Assembly: GCA_963706595.1 (NCBI GenBank)
Contig: OY970166.1
Coordinates: 4,544,001-4,608,000, forward strand
Direction: 5' to 3'
Length of the DNA stretch: 64,000 bases
Source: an uncultured cyanobacterium
GTDB taxonomy: Bacteria > Cyanobacteriota > Cyanobacteriia > Cyanobacteriales > Nostocaceae
Shown: one piece after another, positions 40,086 through 49,137 of the stretch
Layout of the letters: each line of letters begins with the position of its first letter
Position numbering within the stretch: position 1 is the stretch's first letter
Position numbers and translations under genes: made by a program
The notes under the pieces: generated by a model
Seen by the model: the letters and a program-made list of their open reading frames with translations, nothing else
Told to the model about the DNA's origin: nothing
The model's database searches: none

Positions 40086-40427
40086 AGCTCCCACCCCACA
40101 CCGGGGATTACCACACGGAGCAAGCACCCACGCCTAGAACTTGCGTGGAACAACCTTGACCAATGACTAATATCAGCGCTTGCGCTTCACCAAAGCGCTG
40201 CAAACTTGTTCTTTCATGGAGGGAAACTTAGACGACAATCATCAAAAAAACCAGGGATAAACACTCTTTTTTCATTTCCCCAGTAAAGGCTAATTACTGG
40301 GGTTTCTCCCTAACACAAGCCAATTTGTCACTGAATTTATAAGGTTTTCTTGGTGGTGTTGCGGCATCACCAAGTTTCTCATAATGTCTGCGTTAATGTC
40401 TGCATTGCACATATAACCATCAAAACT

Positions 40428-40586
40428 ATGAGCTATAAACAAGCCTCACCCTGGGCTGTCTTTAGAGTAGAAGATTTTGGAAATCTTTTACTAACAAGAT
40501 TCCGCAAGCGTAGCGACGCTGATGAATATGCAAAACTTCTCAGAAACAACACACCCTACAAAATTGAGGTGGTATTCGACGTATGA
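40428..40586 (+). CDS. Small hypothetical protein
   Basis: MSYKQASPWAVFR...RFRKRSDADEY...EVVFDV; ATGA overlap with the next gene. Confidence 0.7.
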   Translation: MSYKQASPWAVFRVEDFGNLLLTRFRKRSDADEYAKLLRNNTPYKIEVVFDV

Positions 40587-40867
40587 CACAAAAATCACTA
40601 TTACCCTACGATGGCAATTACGCTTTAATTCACAAGCGGACGCTACTGGTTAACAGTATGGTTTTGACTGCGATGACAGAATTTATCTCGCAAAATTCAT
40701 CTATCACAAGCGAACAACTAGCTCTACTGTTTGGTGAAACTGCTAATAAAATTGTTGCTGCTATGTCCGATGAAACAGTCAATGCCAACGCTTGCGGCTT
40801 AATTTCAAAGTCCATCATAAACAATGGCGTTTCTTCATTTGTTGAATACCATTCCAGTAAAGAATAA
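40583..40867 (+). CDS. Hypothetical protein
   Basis: 94 aa; GAGG RBS; coupled to neighbours. Confidence 0.65.
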   Translation: MTQKSLLPYDGNYALIHKRTLLVNSMVLTAMTEFISQNSSITSEQLALLFGETANKIVAAMSDETVNANACGLISKSIINNGVSSFVEYHSSKE

Positions 40868-40871
40868 CATC

Positions 40872-41240
40872 ATGAAAATTAAAACTATCACTTATCAACG
40901 AGTTCTCAACCTGGGGAATTATGAAAGCAAGCGGTTAGACATGACTATCGAAGTTGACGCAAATCTTGAATTTGCAGAAGAAGAATGCTCCATCCTCATG
41001 GAATCTGTAGAGCGTAAAATTCGAGAAGAATCTGAGGCTTTAATTCTCAATGAAATTAGAGATGCCAGAAAAAAACTGCGTGAAGTTAACAAGGAAATTG
41101 AAGCGGGTAAGCAACTTTTAGCAGAAATAGGAAAGGAATTAAACCCGGACATCGAGCCAGGACTTTCACCTTATGAAATAGCAGAAATCGACCGTAAAGT
41201 TAGAAAGGAGGCATATCTTAACCCTGACGAAGACTTTTAA
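40872..41240 (+). CDS. Phage-type hypothetical coiled-coil protein
   Basis: MKIKTITYQRVLNLGNYESKRL N-terminus followed by a coiled coil. Confidence 0.75.
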   Translation: MKIKTITYQRVLNLGNYESKRLDMTIEVDANLEFAEEECSILMESVERKIREESEALILNEIRDARKKLREVNKEIEAGKQLLAEIGKELNPDIEPGLSPYEIAEIDRKVRKEAYLNPDEDF

Positions 41241-41319
41241 GATTTAGGCGATCGCACAGTTTGGAGGAGTGCGATCGCTTTTCTTCCTTGCCAGGATAAT
41301 GAAACAAATATAACTTAAA

Positions 41320-41555
41320 ACCGCCTGAACGAGCCGGACTAACTCACCGGCGAAACGTGAGCGCTCACGTCGCGGACTGAGTTCGCAGCACATCAACTTA
41401 GGGCTTTGTTAGTGAATTAAGCTCTTGTGGCTTTCCCATCTTCGTAAGCTCGGTTGATGTGTTTTTGTGTCCCCAGTGTTTGCAGCACTGGAAGCTTTGA
41501 GACTGAATTAGGCTCTTTGGCCTTTGGGTGATTCACAAGCTGTAAGACACAATTC
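41320..41555 (+). ncRNA. IS110 bridge RNA: 5' hairpins, target-binding loop (about 41389-41461), donor-binding loop (about 41466-41551)
   Basis: Two similar stem/internal-loop/stem modules whose variable segments match the element junctions; candidate promoter TTGCCA(41288)-17 bp-TAACTT(41311); ends approximate. Confidence 0.85.
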
Positions 41556-41583
41556 ACACACCTACTCTAAGGATGAAAACTGA

Positions 41584-42771
41584 ATGACTAGAATTGTTGG
41601 GTTGGATGTTTCCAAGTCAAGTGTTTCGTGCTGTCTATTGGAGGAAAAGCCAAGGAATCCAAGAGAATTTTACTATGAATACCCCTTCAAAAAGTTTCAA
41701 AGTGATAAATTTGGATTATTGGCATTAATGGCATTGCGGCCAGAAGTTGCAATTCTTGAACCGACGGGAGTGAATTACTCCAAATTCTGGACAGAACATT
41801 TATCTCGTGCCGGGGTAGAAGTTCGCTTCGTAGGACACAAAGAACTCAGGAGTTACCGCGAAAATCACTTGGGACTGCCAGATAAAGATGATGATGCCGA
41901 CTCGTTGGCGCTGGCTTGTTATCAGTTCGACTATGGAAAAGATTTGAGCCGGTTCGTCCGGGTACGCGATCGCTTAATTTCCCGAACGAGGGAAGCAGTG
42001 CTGCGGCTTAGTCATCTTAACCGAATACAATCCCCCATCATCAACCGCATCCGTCAGGATTTGGCATGGCAGTTCCCAGAAGTTGCGCTTGTCCGTTCAA
42101 TTCGGTGTTCTGGAAGAGTGCCTTTACTTTGGGGATGGCTAGCTGGTCAGCGTGAAAGTAAAAAATATGATCGCATTTACGCCACCACCGCAGGATTAGG
42201 ATTAACCGATTCGGTAAGGTTTCACGCGCAGCGCATTTGTAGCTTACAGGCAGAAGAGCAAATTTTAGAAGATGAACTAGCAGAAATTCTCATAGATGAA
42301 CGGTTCACTCGTTACCGTGATATTTTCGCAAATTTCCAGTTTGGGGAGAGACTGCAAGCTGTGATTCTCTCCCAAATTTACCCCTTAGAAAATTTCTTGG
42401 GTGAGGATGGTAAACCAGAAATCAAAATCCGCAAAGGTAGGAAATCTGGTAAACCAACCAAACGCCACCTGTCACTAAGGCGATTTCAGAAAGCTTTGGG
42501 TGTAGCGCCTTCTCAAGAATCAAGCGGCGATATTTCTAAATCTAAAGTTTCCGGTGGATCGGCTTTGTGCCGTCGCGCCCTTTGGCAGTGGGTTTTTAGT
42601 GCAGTTGAACCTGCCAAACGCCGCACGAATCCCATGTTAAAAGAATTGGGAGAATTTCTTGATACCGAGAAATTAGCAGGCAAACCAGTCAAACTGGTAC
42701 GAATGCGAGTAGCTGTTAAAGCTGTAAAGCTGTTATTTAAAATGTTGACTAGTAACGTTATCAGTCAATAA
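41584..42771 (+). CDS. IS110-family (DEDD) bridge recombinase
   Basis: VGLDVSK (D), LEPTG (E), KDDDAD (D,D), C-terminal domain GVAPSQESSG with the catalytic-type Ser; intact 395 aa. Confidence 0.93.
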   Translation: MTRIVGLDVSKSSVSCCLLEEKPRNPREFYYEYPFKKFQSDKFGLLALMALRPEVAILEPTGVNYSKFWTEHLSRAGVEVRFVGHKELRSYRENHLGLPDKDDDADSLALACYQFDYGKDLSRFVRVRDRLISRTREAVLRLSHLNRIQSPIINRIRQDLAWQFPEVALVRSIRCSGRVPLLWGWLAGQRESKKYDRIYATTAGLGLTDSVRFHAQRICSLQAEEQILEDELAEILIDERFTRYRDIFANFQFGERLQAVILSQIYPLENFLGEDGKPEIKIRKGRKSGKPTKRHLSLRRFQKALGVAPSQESSGDISKSKVSGGSALCRRALWQWVFSAVEPAKRRTNPMLKELGEFLDTEKLAGKPVKLVRMRVAVKAVKLLFKMLTSNVISQ

Positions 42772-42872
42772 CACAATGGTGGCGTAGGGAGTCGGTACAA
42801 TACACGTAACAATTACGCCGCCACTATTTTATTAGACTGAAGATGGCAAAGTTATCAGTGGAAAATTAAATC

Positions 42873-43478
42873 ATGCTCGAAAATCGAGACTATACACTCA
42901 TTATCGACAAAAGCGGTAGTATGGCTACCCCAGATCAGAAAGGTGGTAGAACTAGATGGGTATCAGCACAAGAATCTACCCTAGCCTTAGCGAGTAAGTG
43001 CGAGCAATTTGATCCAGATGGCATCACTGTATATTTATTTTCTGGTAGATTCAAGCGCTACGATAATGTTACAGCCGCTAAAGTAACACAAATCTTTAAA
43101 GAAAATGACCCCTCTGGTTCTACAGATTTAGCAGGTGTGTTGAAACACGCCACGGATGATTACTTTCAACGTAAGAATGCGGGTCAAACGAAGCCCAATG
43201 GTGAAATTATTTTGGTAGTTACTGACGGCGAACCGGATGACCGTAAAGCGGTAATGAAGGTAATTATTGAAGCTTCTCGCCGGATGGATAATGATGAGGA
43301 ACTAGGTATTTCCTTCATTCAAGTTGGTACAGATGCACAAGCTACTCGCTTTCTGAAAGTGTTAGATGATGACCTCCAAGGTGCTGGAGCAAAATTTGAT
43401 ATCTGCGACACAATTACAATGGATGATATGGAGGATTTAAGTTTATCGGAAGTGCTACTAAATGCCATTACGGACTAG
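42873..43478 (+). CDS. Single-domain vWA protein
   Basis: IDKSGSM MIDAS, VTDGEPDD, FLKVLDDDL. Confidence 0.9.
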   Translation: MLENRDYTLIIDKSGSMATPDQKGGRTRWVSAQESTLALASKCEQFDPDGITVYLFSGRFKRYDNVTAAKVTQIFKENDPSGSTDLAGVLKHATDDYFQRKNAGQTKPNGEIILVVTDGEPDDRKAVMKVIIEASRRMDNDEELGISFIQVGTDAQATRFLKVLDDDLQGAGAKFDICDTITMDDMEDLSLSEVLLNAITD

Positions 43479-43574
43479 CGACCGCTGCGCGGAAGTCAAA
43501 AGTTAAAAGTCAAAAGTTAAAAGAACTTTTTGAAATGTATCCCTATTTACGCCGTGAATTACTAGCTTAAAAGC

Positions 43575-43982
43575 ATGGATTCTCTTGATAAGCTGCTAGA
43601 TGAACTCAAAGCTGAATATGATCAAACCAAACCCGCAGCATCACAACCCCAGAAAAATTCAGCCAAACCATTTACCCCACAACCACCAAAATCGTTATCT
43701 TTAGTCGATAGCCTTTTGGCAGAAGTTGGGGCTGATTTTGCAGCACAAGATGAAGTGGAGGAGTTTAAAAAACAGCAAGAATTAGCACAGGAAAAAAATC
43801 GACAAGCCCAAATCAAAGCCCAACAAATAGCAGCTTTGAAAGTTGAAGCAGAAACATGGTTGAAAAAATTAGATCCGTTTTCTTCAGAAGGACTTTGGTT
43901 TGAAAGGTTTGCTGAAAGTTACCCTTCAAAATTAGAGGCGGCGATTGAATATTTACAAAGCAACGAATCAACTCAAACTTAA
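43575..43982 (+). CDS. Slr1339-like (salt-stress) protein
   Basis: WLKKLDPFSSEGLWFERFAESYPSKLEAAIEYL C-terminus. Confidence 0.7.
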   Translation: MDSLDKLLDELKAEYDQTKPAASQPQKNSAKPFTPQPPKSLSLVDSLLAEVGADFAAQDEVEEFKKQQELAQEKNRQAQIKAQQIAALKVEAETWLKKLDPFSSEGLWFERFAESYPSKLEAAIEYLQSNESTQT

Positions 43983-43986
43983 CTTG

Positions 43987-44325
43987 CTAGTCGTTGATTG
44001 ACAAAAAGTGTTCAACAGCCCATTTATGCATTGCATAAAGAATTGGGATCAGACTTTTTCCCAAACTTGTCAATGAGTATTCTACCTTTGGGGGGATTTG
44101 TGGATAAACTTCACGATGTACAATACCGTCTTCTTCCATTTCTCGGAGTTGCTGAGTCAGCATTTTTTGGGTAATTCCCGGTAAGCCTCGCTGCAATTCC
44201 CCAAAGCGTTTGGTCTGTGAAATTAATTCTCTAATAATTAAAACTTTCCAACGCCCACCAATTACCTTTAATGTAGTTTCAACTTCGCAAGTGAGCCTGA
44301 TGTCGGTTTTTGCTTCAGCTTTCAT
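43987..44325 (-). CDS. HxlR-family transcriptional regulator
   Basis: [35 protein letters not shown]. Confidence 0.93.
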   Translation of the reverse strand: MKAEAKTDIRLTCEVETTLKVIGGRWKVLIIRELISQTKRFGELQRGLPGITQKMLTQQLREMEEDGIVHREVYPQIPPKVEYSLTSLGKSLIPILYAMHKWAVEHFLSIND

Positions 44326-44645
44326 AAGTTAATTTTGAGTAAGTACTGTACTTTTAAGTGCCTACTTTTTCTATTAACTATACTTGATTTAAAGTCTATT
44401 TAGTAACTTTTTAGCAAATTAATTTGGGATGTTTCCTACCCATAAATATGGAGGTGAATGTTAAATTTGACAGCAGGGATTTGGCGGCATATTTAGCAAG
44501 TGGAACATTAGCAAAAATTTAGCGGCTAATTTTTTAAATTCAGAGTAAAAGTAAGTCGATAATCTACAATACCTCTAGAAATTATCTAGAGGTTTTTCTC
44601 AATAGTTCAGATAAGTTTGTTGCCAAAAACTTCGCTTTCAACTAA

Positions 44646-45149
44646 CTAAATTTGCAATGCTTTAAACCATTTAGTCACAACTGTGTTAATGGTTTGTTTA
44701 ATTTGATGTTTGCGATACCATTTTTGAAAAGCCATTTCGTATTCTTCACCTTTCGTTTGAAAGGTATTCCAAATATCCAGCCCTAATGTCAAGCCGCAAA
44801 ATAGTAAAAAATACAATGACCAAGCAAGACCGCCACCACCGACGATATCCACTAGCATCAAAAAACTGTTAATAATTGCATAATTACCAACACGTTTCTT
44901 AAATCTGCCGATGCGGTAGGAATTGAAAGCTTCTCTCTGTTGCATTTCGCTATGTTGCGATCGCCAGTCAATTTCTGCTAGGTTTAGAGAATCGGGTGAT
45001 ATATCTAACTCTTTGGCAATTTCTAACAATTGCTGATAAGAAAACTCTTTATCTTGATCATCAGCTTGACGAGCGATCGCCAACTGAAGAATACGCTGCA
45101 CATCCTCTTGGCTATAAGAACGAAGGCTCTGAGGTTCAAATGCCGTCAT
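44646..45149 (-). CDS. 2TM domain-containing protein
   Basis: YSQEDVQRILQLAIAR N-terminus and two TM helices. Confidence 0.8.
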   Translation of the reverse strand: MTAFEPQSLRSYSQEDVQRILQLAIARQADDQDKEFSYQQLLEIAKELDISPDSLNLAEIDWRSQHSEMQQREAFNSYRIGRFKKRVGNYAIINSFLMLVDIVGGGGLAWSLYFLLFCGLTLGLDIWNTFQTKGEEYEMAFQKWYRKHQIKQTINTVVTKWFKALQI

Positions 45150-45347
45150 AATTATTATCTCTTAGTGTGAGCCACCATTAATCTTGTTTGTACTATCTTT
45201 ACATTAGCAAATCTAGAAAAAAGTATGGGGTGTTGGTTATCTCCCTCATCCTCACCTTACCCCAACCCCTCTGGGAATCAGTCGCTGATGTATAAGGCAG
45301 AACCTCACCCCCAGCCCCTCTCCTTATTAAGGAGAGGGGGAATTAGA

Positions 45348-46151
45348 TTACCGGGGTTGGGGTAGTTGAAAAGCATAAATATCTTGAATAGCTTGCACCC
45401 AACCATTAGAAACAGATTCGAGGATGCGATCGCCTTTTTCCTTCGTTGCGGTTGTCGCGTCACCAATTACGCCACTTTTACTGACATCTCGCGTCGCCCA
45501 AGACACAGGTAACTTCCCCTCTAAACTCAGTAAAGTGCTTTGAGTTTGTTCTGGTGGATACTCAGCTACAGCTAAATCCATTTTTACCTGTTCTGGCAAA
45601 ATCGCCAACATAATGCTAGTTTCGGCATCTCCCGCGTGCATTCCTTGGGCAGCTTCCTTGGGTGTTAATAATTCTTTGGTAATATGAGGCACACGCCAAG
45701 TAAACAAGGGAAACACCAAAAAATCATCATATTTAATGTGCAGATCCCGCGCCACCATTTGCATAACTTGGGGTTGTCCGCCGTGGGAATTCATCAACAC
45801 CAATTTTCTAAACCCAGCCCGGTAAATACTTTCACCCATTTCCATCATAATTGCTGTCAGGGTTTCGGTACTTAAAGTTATGGTTCCGGGAAAATGCCAA
45901 TGCTCATTCGATTTACCATAATAGAGAGTGGGTAAAGCATAAGCGGGAATGCTAATATCCAGTTTTTTCAGGGCTGCTCCCAGAACTCCTACACCAATAG
46001 CCGCATCAACAATCAGTGGTAAATGAGGGCCATGTTGTTCAATCGCCCCGACTGGTTGAATGATTACCACATTTTCCTTATTCGGCATAGCCTGGATATC
46101 AGTCCAAGTCAAGTAGGGAAAAAACCGTTCTGGGGGAATAAAGCTGTGCAT
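45348..46151 (-). CDS. Creatininase family protein
   Basis: GAIEQHGPHLP, SNEH..FPGT, NSHGG, HAGDAETS. Confidence 0.92.
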   Translation of the reverse strand: MHSFIPPERFFPYLTWTDIQAMPNKENVVIIQPVGAIEQHGPHLPLIVDAAIGVGVLGAALKKLDISIPAYALPTLYYGKSNEHWHFPGTITLSTETLTAIMMEMGESIYRAGFRKLVLMNSHGGQPQVMQMVARDLHIKYDDFLVFPLFTWRVPHITKELLTPKEAAQGMHAGDAETSIMLAILPEQVKMDLAVAEYPPEQTQSTLLSLEGKLPVSWATRDVSKSGVIGDATTATKEKGDRILESVSNGWVQAIQDIYAFQLPQPR

Positions 46152-46387
46152 CTTACTACTATCGCGTCATTTTTATGTTAACGAGATTTGAAGAAGTAGG
46201 GGAGAAGAGGAACGGGGGCAGGGTGCAGGGGAGAAGAGGAATGGTTGTTAAGTAACCGGAAGTTTAAAGTAATTTTTTACTCCCCCTTGCTCCCCGCTCC
46301 CCTGCCTCTTAATTCCCCCTTGCACCCTGCACCCTGCTCCCCTGCCTCTTCATCTAGTACACCAAGCAGTAGGAAGGACAAAACTCA

Positions 46388-47095
46388 ATGATTGAAGATC
46401 ATGAATCTATTCGTACTCTATCAGTTGATATTGGTGGTAGTGGTGTTAAAGCACTGGTTTTAGATATCACAGGGAATCCCGTCACCAAAAGGATGCGTTT
46501 AGAGACACCCCAACCGGCTAAACCAGAGATGATCATTGATGCGATCGCAGTATTAGCAGCAGATCAAGGTGATTTCCATCGTGTTTCCGTGGGTTTTCCT
46601 GGTGTGGTGCGTCAGGGAGTCACAGAAACAGCCGTCAACTTATATCAAGATTGGATTGGGTTTGACTTGGAAACAGCATTATCACAACGTCTTAACAAGC
46701 CTGTACGCGTGATTAATGATGCCGATATGCAAGGTTTTGGGGCAGTAGCAGGTAAAGGTTTGGAATTGGTAATTACCTTGGGTACAGGTTTTGGTTCGGC
46801 TTTATTTATTGATGGCAAACTTGTGCCAAATATGGAAATGGGACATCATCAGTTTCGCAAGGGTAAAACCTATGAAGAACAACTGGGACGGGCAGAATTA
46901 GAGAAAATTGGTGATAAAAGATGGAATAAGCGTTTAGAGAAAGCGATCGCCTCTTTACAAAGTCTGTTCAATTATGATTACCTTTACATTGGCGGCGGTG
47001 AAGCCGTCAGAGTAAATCTCCAACTCCCCTTAAACGTCAAACTCATCCCGAATATCACTGGTTTATTAGGTGGAATTGCTTTGTGGCGAGATTAG
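46388..47095 (+). CDS. ppgK: ROK-family kinase (polyphosphate glucokinase-like)
   Basis: VDIGGSGVK, GFPGVV, NDADMQG, TLGTGFGSA, NMEMGH. Confidence 0.8.
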   Translation: MIEDHESIRTLSVDIGGSGVKALVLDITGNPVTKRMRLETPQPAKPEMIIDAIAVLAADQGDFHRVSVGFPGVVRQGVTETAVNLYQDWIGFDLETALSQRLNKPVRVINDADMQGFGAVAGKGLELVITLGTGFGSALFIDGKLVPNMEMGHHQFRKGKTYEEQLGRAELEKIGDKRWNKRLEKAIASLQSLFNYDYLYIGGGEAVRVNLQLPLNVKLIPNITGLLGGIALWRD

Positions 47096-47233
47096 CTAGG
47101 GAGTGGGGAGTGGGGAGTGGGGAGTAGGGCGCGTTCATACTCTCTGAAATCTACCTGCTGCGTAAGTCCCACGAAAGATGTCCAAATTAATTATCCAACT
47201 TATCCATAAAAGAAAGGATAGGGATAATTAACC

Positions 47234-48253
47234 ATGCAATTAAAGCCCATTAATCAGCAAGTAGTAGCCGTCGTTGGGGCTTCTAGCGGTATCGGTAGAG
47301 AAACAGCGCTAAAGTTTGCCCAACGTGGTGCAAAGGTTGTAGCTTCAGCCCGCAGTGAACCGGGACTGAAATCTTTAGTTGAAGAAATTCGCGGATTGGG
47401 CGGTGAGGCGATATATACTATTGCCGATGTCAGTGATTTTCAGCAAGTTAAGGCGATCGCCGACAAAACTGTGGCAGAATATGGACGCTTGGATACTTGG
47501 GTTCATGCGGCCGCTACAGGTATTATCGCGCCGTTTGAGCAAATTACCCCAGAGGAATTTGAGCGAGTTGTGGATGTCACCTTGATGGGACAGGTATATG
47601 GTGCGATGGCTGCACTACCTTATCTCAAACAAGAAGGACGCGGCTCATTAATTCATATTTCCTCGATGGAGGGTAGGCGCAGTTTGCCGTTACAAAGCCC
47701 TTATTCGGCTGCAAAACACGGTTTAGAAGGTTTTTTAGAATCCTTGCGTGTGGAATTGCGACATGAGAAATTGCCGATTAATGTCACCTCAATATTGCCT
47801 TCCACAATCAACACACCCTATTACAATAAAATTCGCACCAAGCTAGGGGTAAAACCCAAGGGAATACCGCCTTATTATCAACCCAGTATTGTCACTGATG
47901 CCATTCTCTATGTTGCTGAACATCCGATGCGGGATTTTATTGTGGGAGATGCAGGGAAAGTATTAGATTTACTGCAACGGGTTTCACCGGAATTAGTCGA
48001 TGCAATTTTACTCGCGATCGCTTTTCCCGGTCAACGTACCAATGAGCCAAAATCAGAAGACGCACCAGATAATGTTTTTACCGCTATTCCTGGTTATGAC
48101 AAAATTGAGGGCGATTTTAGAAACCACTCAATCCCCAGTTTCTTAGATTGGTGGGATATGAATCCGACTTTGAAATGGGGTGCTGTGGCGCTTGGAGTCG
48201 TGAGTGTTACAGCTTTTCTGGGTGGGTGGCGTAAGAGTTCGGATTGGTCTTAG
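47234..48253 (+). CDS. SDR-family oxidoreductase
   Basis: GASSGIG, YSAAK. Confidence 0.92.
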   Translation: MQLKPINQQVVAVVGASSGIGRETALKFAQRGAKVVASARSEPGLKSLVEEIRGLGGEAIYTIADVSDFQQVKAIADKTVAEYGRLDTWVHAAATGIIAPFEQITPEEFERVVDVTLMGQVYGAMAALPYLKQEGRGSLIHISSMEGRRSLPLQSPYSAAKHGLEGFLESLRVELRHEKLPINVTSILPSTINTPYYNKIRTKLGVKPKGIPPYYQPSIVTDAILYVAEHPMRDFIVGDAGKVLDLLQRVSPELVDAILLAIAFPGQRTNEPKSEDAPDNVFTAIPGYDKIEGDFRNHSIPSFLDWWDMNPTLKWGAVALGVVSVTAFLGGWRKSSDWS

Positions 48254-48410
48254 GGAAATGTTGACCTCACCCCCAATCCTCTCTTTTATTGGCGTTCTTG
48301 GCGACTAAAGCCCTGGGGGGCATACGCTGCGCGTAAAGCCTACGGCATAGCTACGCTTAACGCGTAGCGTCTCTTAAGAGAAGGCGGTTCCTTTGTCCAT
48401 ATTCAAAAAA

Positions 48411-49091
48411 TCAGCCATCAGCAGTTTTTTCCGTTGTTAACTTCTGACCAATCTTCGGTTCCATACCCGCCAGCAACCGCTCAATATTAGTCCGATGGCG
48501 TAAAATCACATACAAACCCCCAGCAACACCAAACAGGATATAAGGTAGCGGTTGCTGTAAAACGAACATCAAAATAGGGACTGCGATCGCACCGGCAATC
48601 GAACTCAATGATACAATCCTAGAGATAGCGATAAACACCGCAAAAACCCCGGCTGTAGCCAATCCCACCTGCCAATTCATCGCCAATAAAATTCCTAAAC
48701 TGGTAGCCACAGACTTACCACCAGAAAAGCCCAAAAAGATAGATTTACTGTGTCCCAAAATAGCGCATAAACCAGATAAAGTAATTATCCAAGGTTGCCA
48801 AATGGGAATATCTACCGTAGAGGGGATAAGACTTTGACCAGAAGCAGCAGAGAATAACCAGTAAATAAGTGCGATCGCTAAAACACCCTTCAAGCAATCA
48901 ATCACTAAAACCAACACTCCCGGACCTTTCCCCAAAGTCCTTAATACATTAGTTGCGCCCGTTGAACCCGAACCAACTTCCCGAATATCAATACCCTTTA
49001 ACAGCTTCCCCGCAATGTAGCCAGTGGGAAAAGAACCCAACAGATAAGCTACCACCAAAGCCACACCACACAAACTGAGCCAAATCGCCAT
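48411..49091 (-). CDS. plsY: Glycerol-3-phosphate acyltransferase
   Basis: YLLGS.P, GSGSTGATN, GGKSVAT, RHRTNIERL. Confidence 0.95.
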   Translation of the reverse strand: MAIWLSLCGVALVVAYLLGSFPTGYIAGKLLKGIDIREVGSGSTGATNVLRTLGKGPGVLVLVIDCLKGVLAIALIYWLFSAASGQSLIPSTVDIPIWQPWIITLSGLCAILGHSKSIFLGFSGGKSVATSLGILLAMNWQVGLATAGVFAVFIAISRIVSLSSIAGAIAVPILMFVLQQPLPYILFGVAGGLYVILRHRTNIERLLAGMEPKIGQKLTTEKTADG

Positions 49092-49137
49092 AATTAAATC
49101 AGTTAACAGTTAACAGTTAACAGTGAACATTGAGGAA

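Larger units (their letters stand above)
31149..42841. mobile_element. 11.7 kb integrated phage/plasmid-like element bounded by TGAA-core junctions that match the guides of its IS110 bridge RNA
   Basis: Left junction atag-TGAA-tccccaa (core 31149-31152), right junction agac-TGAA-gatggcaaag (core 42838-42841); host-type genes on both sides; the first element ORF ends 10 bp from the left junction. Confidence 0.88.

Noticed and set aside
41241..42841. Stand-alone IS110 element of about 1.5 kb with its left end just upstream of the bridge RNA
   Set aside because: The nearby TGAA sites (ATAATGAAACAA at about 41300 and GCCTGAACGAG at about 41326) do not match the donor right guide, whereas 31146-31159 matches both required guides.
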